Positions 1-10,553 of a stretch of DNA of 64,000 nt are shown here, one piece after another. Position 1 is the first letter of the stretch. Each line of letters opens with the position of its first letter. This DNA comes from an uncultured Pseudomonadales bacterium (GTDB lineage: Bacteria > Pseudomonadota > Gammaproteobacteria > Pseudomonadales > Pseudohongiellaceae): assembly GCA_905478195.1 (NCBI GenBank), contig CAJQHM010000001.1, forward strand, positions 126-64,125, written 5' to 3'. The notes under the pieces were generated by a model that was not told where the DNA came from, did not search any database, and saw only the letters and a program-made list of their open reading frames with translations. The position numbers were made by a program, and so were the translations under genes.

Positions 1-243
1 CCTCCCGTCTAGGCCATCTAATACACCGGCTATCAGAATAGCCCAGCCAGCCTCATTAAAATCGCCAGACATGCCAGCTATCACGGCATAGAAGCCGGAA
101 AACAAAGCACCCAGAGTCAGCATATTCGGGAGTAAGTAGATTCCACGTCGACGCACCTTACGGCCATCTTCGGATACGATCTCCTCATGCTCATCGATTG
201 GCAGCAGGCCCTCGGCCGCTTGGTCTTGCTCTTCTTCGCTCAT
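1..243 (-). CDS. pssA: CDP-diacylglycerol--serine O-phosphatidyltransferase (5' part, runs off window start)
   Basis: Not in ORF track. Hand translation from ATG at 243: MSEEEQDQAAEGLLPIDEHEEIVSEDGRKVRRRGIYLLPNMLTLGALFSGFYAV...GVLDGLDGR (RGIYLLPN and the CDP-alcohol transferase DGxDG motif); ilv-adjacent as in Pseudomonas. Confidence 0.9.
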   Translation of the reverse strand, partial: MSEEEQDQAAEGLLPIDEHEEIVSEDGRKVRRRGIYLLPNMLTLGALFSGFYAVIAGMSGDFNEAGWAILIAGVLDGLDGR

Positions 244-457
244 GCTATCCCGCTGATCTATCAGTATTTACGAAACTTTGTGATTATACAGGCCTATTTG
301 CGCGCCTGCGGGACTAATTCCGGTCAAAAGATAACATTTTACGCAAGATTGCGGATGCTATATGATCGCGCCTCACTGAAATTAAGTCTTTAGCTCGCTT
401 AAACAGCATCACAAACAGTACATTTAACTAATACGATGAACAGATCGGAGTGGATTC

Positions 458-1927
458 ATGAATTACTTTAATACCTTGCCCCTGCGCCTGCAGTTAGACC
501 AACTGGGCAAATGCCGTTTTATGGACCGTGGCGAGTTTAGCGATGGCGTGAACAAGCTAAATGGCAAAAAGGTAGTTATCGTGGGTTGCGGCGCTCAGGG
601 CCTTAATCAGGGCCTGAACATGCGCGATAGCGGCTTGGATGTTTCCTTCACCTTGCGAGCAGCCGCCATTACCGAAAAGCGTGATTCCTGGAAGAATGCC
701 ACTGAAAACGGTTTCACCGTTGGCACCTACGAAGAACTAATCCCCAGCGCCGACCTGGTACTAAATCTAACGCCGGACAAGCAGCACAGCCCCGTTGTCA
801 GCCAGGTGATGCCTCTTATGAAGGAAGGCGCCTGTCTGGCCTACTCCCACGGCTTCAACATCGTCGAGGAAGGCATGCAGATTCGAGACGACCTTACAGT
901 CGTGATGGTTGCACCGAAGTGCCCAGGCACGGAAGTACGTGAAGAATACAAGCGCGGCTTTGGTGTTCCCACACTAATCGCCGTGCACGCCGAGAACGAT
1001 CCGAAGGGTGAGGGCATGGATATCGCCAAGGCCTATGCGGCGGCAACCGGCGGACATCGCGCAGGCGTACTTGAGTCCTCATTCATCGCAGAAGTGAAAT
1101 CCGACCTAATGGGTGAACAGACTATCCTATGCGGCATGTTGCAGACCGGATCTATCGTCTGTTACGAGAAGATGATCGAGAAAGGTATCGACCCCGGCTA
1201 TGCTTCGAAGCTAATGCAACATGGCTGGGAAGTAGTTGCCGAAGGCCTGAAGCATGGCGGCATTACAAACATGATGGATCGTCTCTCGAATCCCGCAAAA
1301 CTGGTAGCAAATTCTCTAGCGGAAGAACTTAAAACCATTATGGCCCCGCTCTACCAAAAGCACATGGACGATATCATCACTGGAAGCTTTTCCACCGGCA
1401 TGATGGAAGACTGGGCTAATGACGACGCGAAGCTCTTGGGATGGCGCGAAGCGACAACAGAATCCGAATTCGAAAAGTCGGTAGCTGGAGACATGGATAT
1501 TCCTGAGCAGGAATACTATGACAATGGCATCCTTATGGTGGCGATGGTTAAGGCCGGTGTAGAACTTGCTTTTGAAACAATGACCGCAAGCGGCATTATC
1601 GAAGAGTCTGCCTACTACGAATCACTTCACGAAGTACCCCTGATAGCCAACCTGATCGGTCGCAAGAAACTATACGAGATGAACAAGGTGATTTCTGACA
1701 CCGCCGAATACGGTTGCTACTTGTTCTCCCACGCCTGCGTTCCTCTGCTGGAAGACTTCATGAAGACCGTCGACACCGACGTCATTGGCAAGGGTCTGCA
1801 GACTACGGACATGAGCGTTGATAATGCTGAACTGATCAGTGTTAACGATGCAATTCGCTCTCACCCCATCGAGGTTGTTGGCAAGCAGCTACGTAAATAC
1901 ATGACGGCAATGAAGAAATTGGTTTGA
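458..1927 (+). CDS. ilvC: Ketol-acid reductoisomerase, long (class II) form
   Basis: 489 aa; MNYFNTL start, GCGAQG NADP-binding motif, [19 protein letters not shown]; duplicated C-terminal domain. Confidence 0.97.
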   Translation: MNYFNTLPLRLQLDQLGKCRFMDRGEFSDGVNKLNGKKVVIVGCGAQGLNQGLNMRDSGLDVSFTLRAAAITEKRDSWKNATENGFTVGTYEELIPSADLVLNLTPDKQHSPVVSQVMPLMKEGACLAYSHGFNIVEEGMQIRDDLTVVMVAPKCPGTEVREEYKRGFGVPTLIAVHAENDPKGEGMDIAKAYAAATGGHRAGVLESSFIAEVKSDLMGEQTILCGMLQTGSIVCYEKMIEKGIDPGYASKLMQHGWEVVAEGLKHGGITNMMDRLSNPAKLVANSLAEELKTIMAPLYQKHMDDIITGSFSTGMMEDWANDDAKLLGWREATTESEFEKSVAGDMDIPEQEYYDNGILMVAMVKAGVELAFETMTASGIIEESAYYESLHEVPLIANLIGRKKLYEMNKVISDTAEYGCYLFSHACVPLLEDFMKTVDTDVIGKGLQTTDMSVDNAELISVNDAIRSHPIEVVGKQLRKYMTAMKKLV

Positions 1928-1955
1928 GGCCAATATTGCTTTGAGCTTAAAAAAG

Positions 1956-1997
1956 CCAGACACAAAAAAAGGGCCTAGGCCCTTTTTTTGTGTCTGG
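1956..1997. terminator. Bidirectional intrinsic terminator (perfect 42-bp palindrome)
   Basis: CCAGACAC-A7-GGGCCTAGGCCC-T7-GTGTCTGG between convergent ilvC and ilvH. Confidence 0.85.
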
Positions 1998-2018
1998 AAT
2001 AAACCCCATTAAACAAAC

Positions 2019-2510
2019 CTAGAGAGTCAACACCTTCTCGCCTCTGGAAATTCCGGAGACTCCCGTCCTAGCCACTTCTAACACAATACTTTCACCAAGC
2101 GCTGTAATAAACGCATCGAGCTTATCGCTTGTACCTGTTAGCTGTATGCTAAATACACTGTTTGTTAAATCTACAACCTGTCCACGAAATATCTCCGTGG
2201 TTCGAGTTACTTCGGCGCGCTGGGCACCGGTAGCCTTAACCTTTATTAGCATTAGTTCCCGCTCGATATGAGCGCCTTCAGTAAGATCGACCAGTTTGAC
2301 CACATCAACCAGCTTATTCAGATGCTTGGTTATCTGCTCGATTCTTCTCTCATCACCGGTTGTGGTCAGCGTGAGTCGCGAAAGCGATTGATCTTCGGTA
2401 GGCGCAACAGTTAGAGAATCGATGTTGTAATTACGCTGCGAAAACAAACCAACGACTCTCGAGAGAGCGCCCGGTTCGTTTTCCATCAGAACTGAAATTA
2501 TATGTCTCAT
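2019..2510 (-). CDS. ilvH: Acetolactate synthase small (regulatory) subunit
   Basis: [33 protein letters not shown] domain; overlaps ilvI stop. Confidence 0.97.
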   Translation of the reverse strand: MRHIISVLMENEPGALSRVVGLFSQRNYNIDSLTVAPTEDQSLSRLTLTTTGDERRIEQITKHLNKLVDVVKLVDLTEGAHIERELMLIKVKATGAQRAEVTRTTEIFRGQVVDLTNSVFSIQLTGTSDKLDAFITALGESIVLEVARTGVSGISRGEKVLTL

Positions 2511-4240
2511 TAGGTTCGCTCCGATTTGCTCAATATCATATCTTTCATTGCGCCGCCCTTGATGGCCATTGGATACACATGCTCTTCCGGGTCTACCAAG
2601 ACATCTACAAATACCAATCTATCTTTCAGGGCAAATGCCTCTTCAAGTTTTGCATTCAACTCTGATTTGTTTTCGATCCTGATACCAACATGGCCATAAG
2701 ATTCCGCCAGTTTGATAAAATCAGGCAATGATTCGGCATAGGTACTGTGCGAATGTCTACCTCCGTACTGCATGTCCTGCCACTGTTTCACCATGCCCAG
2801 AGCACGATTGTTAAGGCAGATTATCTTTATCGGCAATTGGTATTGCATGCAGGTAGCAAGCTCCTGCAGATTCATCTGAAAACTGCCCTCTCCGGTAACA
2901 CAAACGGAAATGGCATCAGGAAACGCAAACTGAATTCCCATAGCCGCCGGGAAGCCAAAACCCATAGTTCCGAGACCTCCTGAGTTAATCCAGCGACGCG
3001 GCTTGTCGAAGCCATAGTATTGAGCCGCAAACATCTGGTGCTGACCCACATCCGAGGAGACGTAGGCATCGCCCTCGGTTATTGCATGCACAGCCTGAAT
3101 GACTTCCTGTGGCTTGATCGTGATGCCGTCTTCGGAAGGCGTGACACCGAGACTGTCCTTCTCTCGCCATTGCGCGATCTGATCCCACCAAACTTTTAAG
3201 GATTTCTCATCAACCTTCTGCTTCGATGCCTTTACTTGTGCAAGCATCTCTTCTAGAACCGAGATCACGGAACCCACGATAGGAACGTCTGCGGAAACAG
3301 TCTTCGAAATAGAGGCTGGATCGATATCAACGTGCAATATAGTTGCATCGGGACAGAATTTCGTCACATCTGAGTTCGTAACACGATCATCAAAACGCAC
3401 GCCTATAGCCAACAAGGCATCGCAATAATGCATCGACATATTCGCCTCGTAGGTACCATGCATACCCAACATACCAACGAACTGCTTATCCGATGCAGGG
3501 TAGGCGCCAAGACCCATCAGTGTGTTAGTAATAGGAAAGCCCAATTCCCGCGTAAGCTCGGTGAGCATTTGGGCGCCTTCACCCTGAATAACCCCGCCAC
3601 CGGCATAGATCATCGGGCGCTTTGCAGCCATTAATACATCTACAGCCTTCTTTATCTGGCCCGAGTGTCCCTTTGCAGGTACTGCATAGGACCTCATTTT
3701 GATATCGACCGGGTAGGCGTAATCGAACTTAACTTTCGGATCGGTTACGTCTTTAGGTAAATCAATAACAACGGGGCCAGGTCGCCCAGTTGAAGCAATA
3801 TGAAAAGCCTTCTTGACGATAAGTGGTATGTCCGCCGCATTCTGCACCATAAAGCTGTGCTTTACGACGGGACGAGAAACACCCACCATATCTGTCTCCT
3901 GAAAGCCGTCGGAACCGATCAGACGGCTCTCAACCTGCCCGGAGATAACTACCATAGGAATAGAATCCATATAGGCTGTCGCTATACCCGTAATCGCATT
4001 CGTCGCACCAGGACCGGAGGTCACTAGCACCACACCAGGCTTGCCTGTGCCACGCGCATAGCCATCGGCAGCATGGGTAGCCGCCTGCTCGTGTCTAACT
4101 AATATGTGTTCGATCTTGTCTTGATTAAAGATCGCATCGTAGATGTGCAATACGGCTCCACCCGGGTAGCCGAATATGATATCTACGCCTTCATCATGCA
4201 GAGCACGTATGAGCGCCTCACCACCAGATAATTGATCCAC
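2510..4240 (-). CDS. ilvI: Acetolactate synthase large subunit
   Basis: [34 protein letters not shown] motif GEGS...LNN; GTG start. Confidence 0.97.
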   Translation of the reverse strand: MDQLSGGEALIRALHDEGVDIIFGYPGGAVLHIYDAIFNQDKIEHILVRHEQAATHAADGYARGTGKPGVVLVTSGPGATNAITGIATAYMDSIPMVVISGQVESRLIGSDGFQETDMVGVSRPVVKHSFMVQNAADIPLIVKKAFHIASTGRPGPVVIDLPKDVTDPKVKFDYAYPVDIKMRSYAVPAKGHSGQIKKAVDVLMAAKRPMIYAGGGVIQGEGAQMLTELTRELGFPITNTLMGLGAYPASDKQFVGMLGMHGTYEANMSMHYCDALLAIGVRFDDRVTNSDVTKFCPDATILHVDIDPASISKTVSADVPIVGSVISVLEEMLAQVKASKQKVDEKSLKVWWDQIAQWREKDSLGVTPSEDGITIKPQEVIQAVHAITEGDAYVSSDVGQHQMFAAQYYGFDKPRRWINSGGLGTMGFGFPAAMGIQFAFPDAISVCVTGEGSFQMNLQELATCMQYQLPIKIICLNNRALGMVKQWQDMQYGGRHSHSTYAESLPDFIKLAESYGHVGIRIENKSELNAKLEEAFALKDRLVFVDVLVDPEEHVYPMAIKGGAMKDMILSKSERT

Positions 4241-4551
4241 TTTTCATTGCCTCTAAAACGTAAGTCGTCGTAATCCTGCCAATCAAAGACAGGAAAATAA
4301 TGTAATAGCACAACCGGCCAGAGGGCCCGCTGTGTCTCGAATATTATTATGGTTTTGTATAAACAATCCGCATGACGCAGGAAAACCTGTCGATTCTTGC
4401 TTCTTGTCGGCCCCGTGCGCGATAACGTGATAGGGGCTCTTAGGTGGAGGTTTTCTGACACCTAGCTGGCAATCTGCCGATGTGCCGGTTGCGGCGTTTG
4501 CAGATTACTGCAGTAAGACTAGCGGTTGGCCGAATCTCTCTGCTGGAACAA
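4241..4551 (-). promoter_or_regulatory. Long structured 5' leader of ilvIH (candidate cis-regulatory RNA, possibly ilvB-OMG-like)
   Basis: Several stems (4469-4477/4500-4508, 4441-4446/4459-4464, 4410-4414/4433-4437) and an 8-bp loop-to-downstream complementarity (4448-4455 with 4381-4388). Confidence 0.5.
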
Positions 4552-4557
4552 GGCGGG

Positions 4558-4585
4558 ATTTTGCCATTAATTCAAGGAAAGTCAA
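4558..4585 (-). promoter_or_regulatory. Sigma70-type promoter for ilvIH
   Basis: Minus strand TTGACT-N16-CAAAAT with TG extended -10. Confidence 0.55.
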
Positions 4586-4651
4586 GCTCTTATGCAGGCG
4601 ACAGCAAGGCATCTAGCGGCCTTGCGGTGCCTGACAAGGAGTAAATAGCGG

Positions 4652-7297
4652 CTATAGCTGTGCTACAGCCGCACTATCGGTGGGGCTGGATTCGCTCTTG
4701 GAGAAGCCCAACTCCCCCTCCGCATTCAGATCTATGGCGATTACATCGCCATCGACGAAGCTTCCCTGCAGCATCTGCTGTGCAAGCGGGTTCTCGATAC
4801 GGTTCTGAATGGTACGCTTCAAGGGGCGCGCTCCGTAGACAGGGTCGTAACCGAGCTCTGCTATCTTGTCGAGCACAGCCTCCGTAACGGTCAGACTTAG
4901 ATCGTTGTCGTGAAGACGTCGATTCAGCAATTCGATCTGTATCTCTGCAATTCCGCGAATCTGTGCTTTCAACAGCGGATGGAACACCACGGTCTCATCG
5001 ATTCGGTTAACGAACTCGGGAGAGAAGTGCTTTACCACCCGCTCCATAACCGCCACCTTTACCGACTCATAAACCTCTTTATCTATAGTTCCCTCTGTAG
5101 CGCCATCGGCCATCATGTCCTGAATTCGGTCAGACCCAAGATTAGATGTCATGACAATGACCGTATTTCTAAAATCTACAGTCCTGCCATGACCATCCGT
5201 TAGGCGACCGTCATCTAATACCTGAAGCAATATATTAAACACATCGGTATGGGCCTTTTCCACTTCGTCTAGCAGCAACACCGAATACGGTCGTCTACGC
5301 ACCGCTTCGGTGAGATAGCCACCCTCTTCATAACCTACATAACCCGGAGGCGCGCCGATTAGTCTCGCAACGGAATGTTGCTCCATAAATTCGGACATAT
5401 CGATACGCACCATGGCCTCTTCCGTGTCGAACAGGAATTCAGCCAGCGCCTTACACAGCTCGGTCTTACCTACGCCCGTTGGCCCAAGAAACAAGAAGGA
5501 TCCATTAGGTCGATTCGGGTCTGACAATCCAGATCTGGATCTGCGCACCGCATTGGCAACCGCTTTAATCGCCTCATTCTGACCGATGACACGCTTGTGC
5601 AACGCATCCTCCATCTCTAACAAACGAAGTTTGTCACCCCGTAACATCTTGCTCACAGGGATACCAGTGGCACGAGAGACCACATCGGCAATCTCTTCTT
5701 CGGTCACGCGGTTACGCAGTAGCTGCTTCTCGCTCGTCTCGACCTCTGCTGCTTCCTCGAGCTTTTTCTCGAGGCCAGGGATCACACCGTATTGAATCTC
5801 TGACATGCGTGCAAGATCACCCGCTCTTTGAGCGAGTTCCATATCGTTGCGGGCCTTCTCAAGATTGCTCTTGATAGCTTGTGAACCCTGCAACGATGCC
5901 TTCTCGGATTTCCAGATATCCTCCAGGTCGGAAAATTCTTTTTCCAATTCTGCGATATCTTCTTCCAGCTTCTCTTTACGCTTTTTGGAAGCAGCATCCT
6001 CGTCCTTCTTCAAGGCCTCGCGTTCCATCTTTAATTGGATCAGTCTTCTCTCCAGGGTATCCATCTCTTCCGGCTTGGAATCGATCTCCATGCGGATCAT
6101 ACTCGCCGCCTCATCAATAAGGTCGATAGCTTTATCGGGCAATTGCCGATCTGTAATATAGCGTTGCGAGAGTTTGGCCGCGGCGATGATCGCCCCGTCT
6201 GAAATATCGACACCGTGGTGAACCTCATATCTTTCTTTTAGGCCACGCAGGATAGCAATCGTATCTTCTTCGCTAGGTTCCTCAACTAACACCTTTTGAA
6301 ACCGACGTTCCAGAGCTGCATCCTTCTCTATATTCTGTCTATACTCGTCGAGTGTCGTCGCTCCGACGCAGTGTAGCTCTCCCCGAGCCAGAGCTGGCTT
6401 CAGCATATTGCCGGCATCCATGGCTCCTTCGCCCTTTCCTGCTCCCACCATGGTATGTAGCTCATCGATAAATAAAATTACCGAGCCCCCGAGTTTGGAA
6501 AGTTCATTGAGAACGCCCTTGAGACGCTCTTCAAATTCTCCCCTAAATTTTGCACCGGCTATCAACGCGCCCATGTCCAGAGATAGCACCTTCTTGTCTT
6601 TTAATCCCTCTGGTACTTCACCGTTTACGATGCGCTGAGCGAGCCCCTCTAGGATCGCGGTCTTACCTACGCCAGGCTCGCCGATAAGAACCGGGTTATT
6701 CTTTGTGCGGCGCTGCAAAACCTGTATGGTGCGCCTGATTTCTGCATCTCGACCGATAACCGGATCCAGCTCGCCTTTTTCAGCGCGCTCGGTTAAATCA
6801 ACACAATATTTTCCCAACGCCTGCCAGGAATCTTCAGCCCCAGCATCGTCAACACTCGCTCCGCCTCGTAAATTAACGATGGCGTTTTCCAGAGCCTGCG
6901 CAGAAACCCCATAGGAATTGAGCAGCTTGCCCACGGCGCCTGAGTCTTTCATGGCAACGAGCAATATAGTCTCGCTAGAAACAAAAGAATCACCTTTTTG
7001 TTGAGCAATCTTATCGGCCTGATTTAGCATCTTTGCCAAATCACTAGACACGGAAATTTCACCGGAACTGTCCGTCAGCTTCGGTAAATCTTCGACCAAA
7101 TTTTGTAGTTTGGTGCGCAGATCGGCCACATCAAAGCCCGTCTGCGAGAGCAGAGGACGCACAGAGCCCCCCTTCTGATCTATCAAAGTCAGGAGCAGAT
7201 GTGAGGGCGCAATAAAATTATTATCGGCGCCCACAGCCATAGATTGCGCGTCGGCCAGAGCCAACTGCAGCTTGCTAGTTAATTTATCGATTCGCAT
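4652..7297 (-). CDS. clpB: ATP-dependent chaperone ClpB
   Basis: Two AAA+ modules ([16 protein letters not shown]), coiled-coil M domain; start moved to ATG of MRIDKLTSK. Confidence 0.97.
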   Translation of the reverse strand: MRIDKLTSKLQLALADAQSMAVGADNNFIAPSHLLLTLIDQKGGSVRPLLSQTGFDVADLRTKLQNLVEDLPKLTDSSGEISVSSDLAKMLNQADKIAQQKGDSFVSSETILLVAMKDSGAVGKLLNSYGVSAQALENAIVNLRGGASVDDAGAEDSWQALGKYCVDLTERAEKGELDPVIGRDAEIRRTIQVLQRRTKNNPVLIGEPGVGKTAILEGLAQRIVNGEVPEGLKDKKVLSLDMGALIAGAKFRGEFEERLKGVLNELSKLGGSVILFIDELHTMVGAGKGEGAMDAGNMLKPALARGELHCVGATTLDEYRQNIEKDAALERRFQKVLVEEPSEEDTIAILRGLKERYEVHHGVDISDGAIIAAAKLSQRYITDRQLPDKAIDLIDEAASMIRMEIDSKPEEMDTLERRLIQLKMEREALKKDEDAASKKRKEKLEEDIAELEKEFSDLEDIWKSEKASLQGSQAIKSNLEKARNDMELAQRAGDLARMSEIQYGVIPGLEKKLEEAAEVETSEKQLLRNRVTEEEIADVVSRATGIPVSKMLRGDKLRLLEMEDALHKRVIGQNEAIKAVANAVRRSRSGLSDPNRPNGSFLFLGPTGVGKTELCKALAEFLFDTEEAMVRIDMSEFMEQHSVARLIGAPPGYVGYEEGGYLTEAVRRRPYSVLLLDEVEKAHTDVFNILLQVLDDGRLTDGHGRTVDFRNTVIVMTSNLGSDRIQDMMADGATEGTIDKEVYESVKVAVMERVVKHFSPEFVNRIDETVVFHPLLKAQIRGIAEIQIELLNRRLHDNDLSLTVTEAVLDKIAELGYDPVYGARPLKRTIQNRIENPLAQQMLQGSFVDGDVIAIDLNAEGELGFSKSESSPTDSAAVAQL

Positions 7298-7358
7298 AAC
7301 GATCCCATATTTGGGCCACCAAGGCAGGCGCAACTAATAATCTATTCTCTAGGCTAAA

Positions 7359-7386
7359 TAATTGGGTCGCCATGCAGAAATTCAAC
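7359..7386 (-). promoter_or_regulatory. Sigma32 (RpoH)-type heat-shock promoter of clpB
   Basis: Minus strand GTTGAA-N14-CCCAATTA, resembling CTTGAA-N13/14-CCCCATNT, ~60 nt upstream of clpB. Confidence 0.6.
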
Positions 7387-7495
7387 GGCTGGAAAGAAGT
7401 TTTTTACTAGGCTCTATTTGCCCGGAAGGACCTGATATAACCGGCTATAGAGCCAGTCTAGATGATAATTAGAAGCTGGGATATAAGAATTGGAA

Positions 7496-8263
7496 CTAGC
7501 CTTCAATATATATAGCATTGAGCATGCGGCCGGTCACGCCATCGCGCCGATAGGAGAAAAATCGATCCTCATCGCAGTAGGTACAATGAGTGCCGCCGCT
7601 AATATTACTATAGCTAATGCCGAGACGAGATAGCTTGATCCGAGCAATGCCATAGAGATCCGCCATGAATTTCCCATGAGATTTAGCGGGAGAGAAACAA
7701 CGCTCCAACTCATGCTGGCTCGACTCTGAAGTTTCGGCGGCAAGAAAACACTCTCTCACCTCTGCCCCAACCTCAAAATGACAGGAGGCTATTGCAGGCC
7801 CCAACCAGACGGCCAAGTCCTCGCCTGAATTTTCCATAGCCCAAATGGTATTTTCAATGACACCTGACGCCAACCCCTTCCAACCGGCATGAGTCATCGC
7901 AACTTCAGTGCCGTCCAATGCTGCCACGAAAACGGGCAAACAATCAGCCGTCTGCACGCAGCAGATTAGATTCTTCTCTCTCGTTAACAGTCCATCCGCA
8001 GTAAGCGTTGATCCCGGGGCTACGACCTCGAGCACGTCTGCACCATGAACCTGATCCAGCCACTGCCAGCGTAAATCAGGAGGAAGTTCGCTTTGTAGTA
8101 TTGCTCGGTTCGCATCTACACGAGCTAACTCGTCGCCAACATGGGCGCCGACGTTAAAAGAGGCATAGGGCGCAGCACTACTACCGCCTTTTCTTGTGGT
8201 AGACAATGCCACCACCGTACTTGGTGCATTCCAATCAGCGAAAATTAGCTGATCCTCTATCAT
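7496..8263 (-). CDS. pgeF: Peptidoglycan editing factor / purine nucleoside phosphorylase YfiH family
   Basis: QVHG, TADCLPV, HAGWKG, FFSYRR motifs; rluD-pgeF-clpB synteny. Confidence 0.93.
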   Translation of the reverse strand: MIEDQLIFADWNAPSTVVALSTTRKGGSSAAPYASFNVGAHVGDELARVDANRAILQSELPPDLRWQWLDQVHGADVLEVVAPGSTLTADGLLTREKNLICCVQTADCLPVFVAALDGTEVAMTHAGWKGLASGVIENTIWAMENSGEDLAVWLGPAIASCHFEVGAEVRECFLAAETSESSQHELERCFSPAKSHGKFMADLYGIARIKLSRLGISYSNISGGTHCTYCDEDRFFSYRRDGVTGRMLNAIYIEG

Positions 8264-9210
8264 GCACCGTCCTGTCGAAGTTGCTCAATAAGCTCAACCA
8301 TGTCCGTTGGAGTGCTTGCCTGCCAACTCATGCGCTCACCACTTGCAGGATGATCCAATTCTAGCTTTCTAGCATGCAGGGCCTGGCGCTTGAATCCACG
8401 CAGGCAGTCGACCATCTTTTTCGAGCAAGCTGACGGCAACTGAAAGCGCCCTCCATATAACTGATCGCCGACGAGGGCGTGATTCAGATATGCCATGTGC
8501 ACACGAATCTGATGCGTCCGCCCGGTCTCCAAATTCACCTGTACATGGGTATGACCACGAAACCGCTCTATTACGCGGTAGTGAGTCACCGCCTCTTGCC
8601 CCATCTCCACTACGGCTCTTTTCTTGCGGTTTACCGGGTGCCTGCCAAGCTCTTTCTCAATAGTCCCACCGCCAGTGAGCACGCCTTGAACTACCGCCTC
8701 ATACTCTCTACTTACGGATCGCTGTTGCAGCTGATCAACCAAATTCGCATGTGCTATCAAACTCTTGGCAACAACCATGAGACCAGTAGTATCCTTATCG
8801 AGTCGATGCACTATACCTGCGCGAGGCAGCTCTTTCTGACTCGGACAGTGATAAAGAAGACCGTTGAGCAATGTCCCCTGCTGATGCCCGGCGGCTGGGT
8901 GCACCACTACATCGGTTGCCTTGTTAATAACCAGCAGATGCTCATCCTCATACACAATACTTAGCGGCATCTCCTGAGCTACCCAGGTTTCTGCGCTTTC
9001 CAATTCTGCCTCTACGATCAGGCAATCCCCTTCCTCCAACTTGTCCCGGGGCCGCAATTGCTTGCCGTTCACCAGCAAGGCACCCTCCCTAATCCAGCTT
9101 TGTAGGCGCGCTCGTGAATATTCGGGAAACAATTTAGCCGCAATTTGGTCTAAGCGATTGCCGGACAACCCTTCGGTGACTTCTGCTTTAAGTGATATAT
9201 GACTTACCAT
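8260..9210 (-). CDS. rluD: 23S rRNA pseudouridine(1911/1915/1917) synthase
   Basis: S4 domain, HRLDKDTTG, GRTHQIRVH, RQALHA; start set at ATG of MVSHISL. Confidence 0.95.
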   Translation of the reverse strand: MVSHISLKAEVTEGLSGNRLDQIAAKLFPEYSRARLQSWIREGALLVNGKQLRPRDKLEEGDCLIVEAELESAETWVAQEMPLSIVYEDEHLLVINKATDVVVHPAAGHQQGTLLNGLLYHCPSQKELPRAGIVHRLDKDTTGLMVVAKSLIAHANLVDQLQQRSVSREYEAVVQGVLTGGGTIEKELGRHPVNRKKRAVVEMGQEAVTHYRVIERFRGHTHVQVNLETGRTHQIRVHMAYLNHALVGDQLYGGRFQLPSACSKKMVDCLRGFKRQALHARKLELDHPASGERMSWQASTPTDMVELIEQLRQDGA

Positions 9211-9383
9211 GCGCCATGATACTTGATTACGCCGCTGTACACAGCACAGTCCGCTTTCCGCGTGATGGCGAGACATAGCAAAGATTGGGATTGAGACCGG
9301 CGCTGTGGTTAAATAGCGTTTTTACGGCTAGCTACTTGCTGAGCCTCAAAAATACATAATTACATCGAAAAACAGGAAAGGCC

Positions 9384-10367
9384 GTGCGCGTTATAGCTGT
9401 AAAACTACCCCTGACTCTCATGATCTGCCTTTTCCTTGCCGGCTGTGGCTGGTTCAGTAACGAGGAAAGAGATCAATTCGCAGGTCTGACAACCGAAGAG
9501 CAATTTTACCGCCGCGCGCTGGAACAACTTAATTCCTCAAACTTTATAGGCTCGATCGCAACCTATCAGGCATTGGAGTCGCGTTTCCCCTTTGGCCGCT
9601 TCGCCGAGCAGGCCCAGATCGAAATTGTTTATGCCTATTATGGCAATGGGGACGCCGAGGCCTCCAGAGCCGCAGCCGATCGTTTCATTCGACTGCACCC
9701 CGACAGTGAAAATATAGACTACGCCTATTACATGAAGGGCTTGTCCTCGTTTACTGATGACCGCGGATTGATCAATCGATTTCTGCCTGTAGATCCAACC
9801 AAACGAGACCCGGGTCGCGCACGGGAGTCGTTTTCAGATTTCTCCCAACTACTCGCCCTATACCCCGACAGCCCCTATGCCGGAGATGCCAGGGCGCGCA
9901 TGGTATTCCTGCGTAACAATCTCGCAGGCTATGAAGTACACGTAGCAAATTATTATCTGGATCGTCGCGCTTACATTGCAGCGCTGCGGCGCGGTCAGTA
10001 TGTAGTCGAAAATTTTCAAGGCACACCGGCGGTAGCTGATGGCGTAGCAATCATGGTCGAATGCTACCTGCGGCTTGGACTGAATGATCTCGCGGATACC
10101 TCACTGGCGCTGTTGAGAGAAAACTATCCCGATCATGCCTCTATCGACGATGATGGCGAGTTTGTCATTCGCACCGAGATAACTAATCCTTCGCTGCTTT
10201 ACACCGTCTCTTTCGGTCTGGTGGGCGACAATCGGATAGAACCTCCTCTAGCTCCAGCTACCAGACCACAGAATTCTGGCAGTCAGCAGATCATCAATAC
10301 TCAGGTGCAGCCCGGGCAAGAACGCCGCTCATGGCTCAGCATACTTAGCCTTGGCATTTTCAACTAG
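9384..10367 (+). CDS. bamD: Outer membrane protein assembly lipoprotein BamD/ComL
   Basis: Lipobox LAGC, TPR motifs (RFPFG...[17 protein letters not shown]); divergent from rluD. Confidence 0.93.
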   Translation: MRVIAVKLPLTLMICLFLAGCGWFSNEERDQFAGLTTEEQFYRRALEQLNSSNFIGSIATYQALESRFPFGRFAEQAQIEIVYAYYGNGDAEASRAAADRFIRLHPDSENIDYAYYMKGLSSFTDDRGLINRFLPVDPTKRDPGRARESFSDFSQLLALYPDSPYAGDARARMVFLRNNLAGYEVHVANYYLDRRAYIAALRRGQYVVENFQGTPAVADGVAIMVECYLRLGLNDLADTSLALLRENYPDHASIDDDGEFVIRTEITNPSLLYTVSFGLVGDNRIEPPLAPATRPQNSGSQQIINTQVQPGQERRSWLSILSLGIFN

Positions 10368-10553
10368 GCCAGTGAATTTGCCCGGTCTAGCTATCTGATG
10401 CAGACCGCTATTCCAAGAAATATTCAGATTTCCACACTTTTCACGTAAATCGAATCCTCAGTCCCGCGTTTCTATAAGAAAGAATGGGTAATAATGGTCA
10501 TTTATTAGCCGATATACAGCAGTAGACCGCCAAAACTTAGCGAACCAAAGACT

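Noticed and set aside
187..393. 68-aa plus-strand ORF upstream of ilvC
   Set aside because: Overlaps the real pssA start on the opposite strand and the divergent promoter region; no family features
2880..2900. IlvI TPP motif reads GEGS rather than GDGS
   Set aside because: The same variant occurs in Pseudomonas-type IlvI; not a defect
10170..10367. BamD C-terminal extension with two similar amphipathic motifs ([22 protein letters not shown])
   Set aside because: Comparable tails are seen in pseudomonad ComL/BamD; not new
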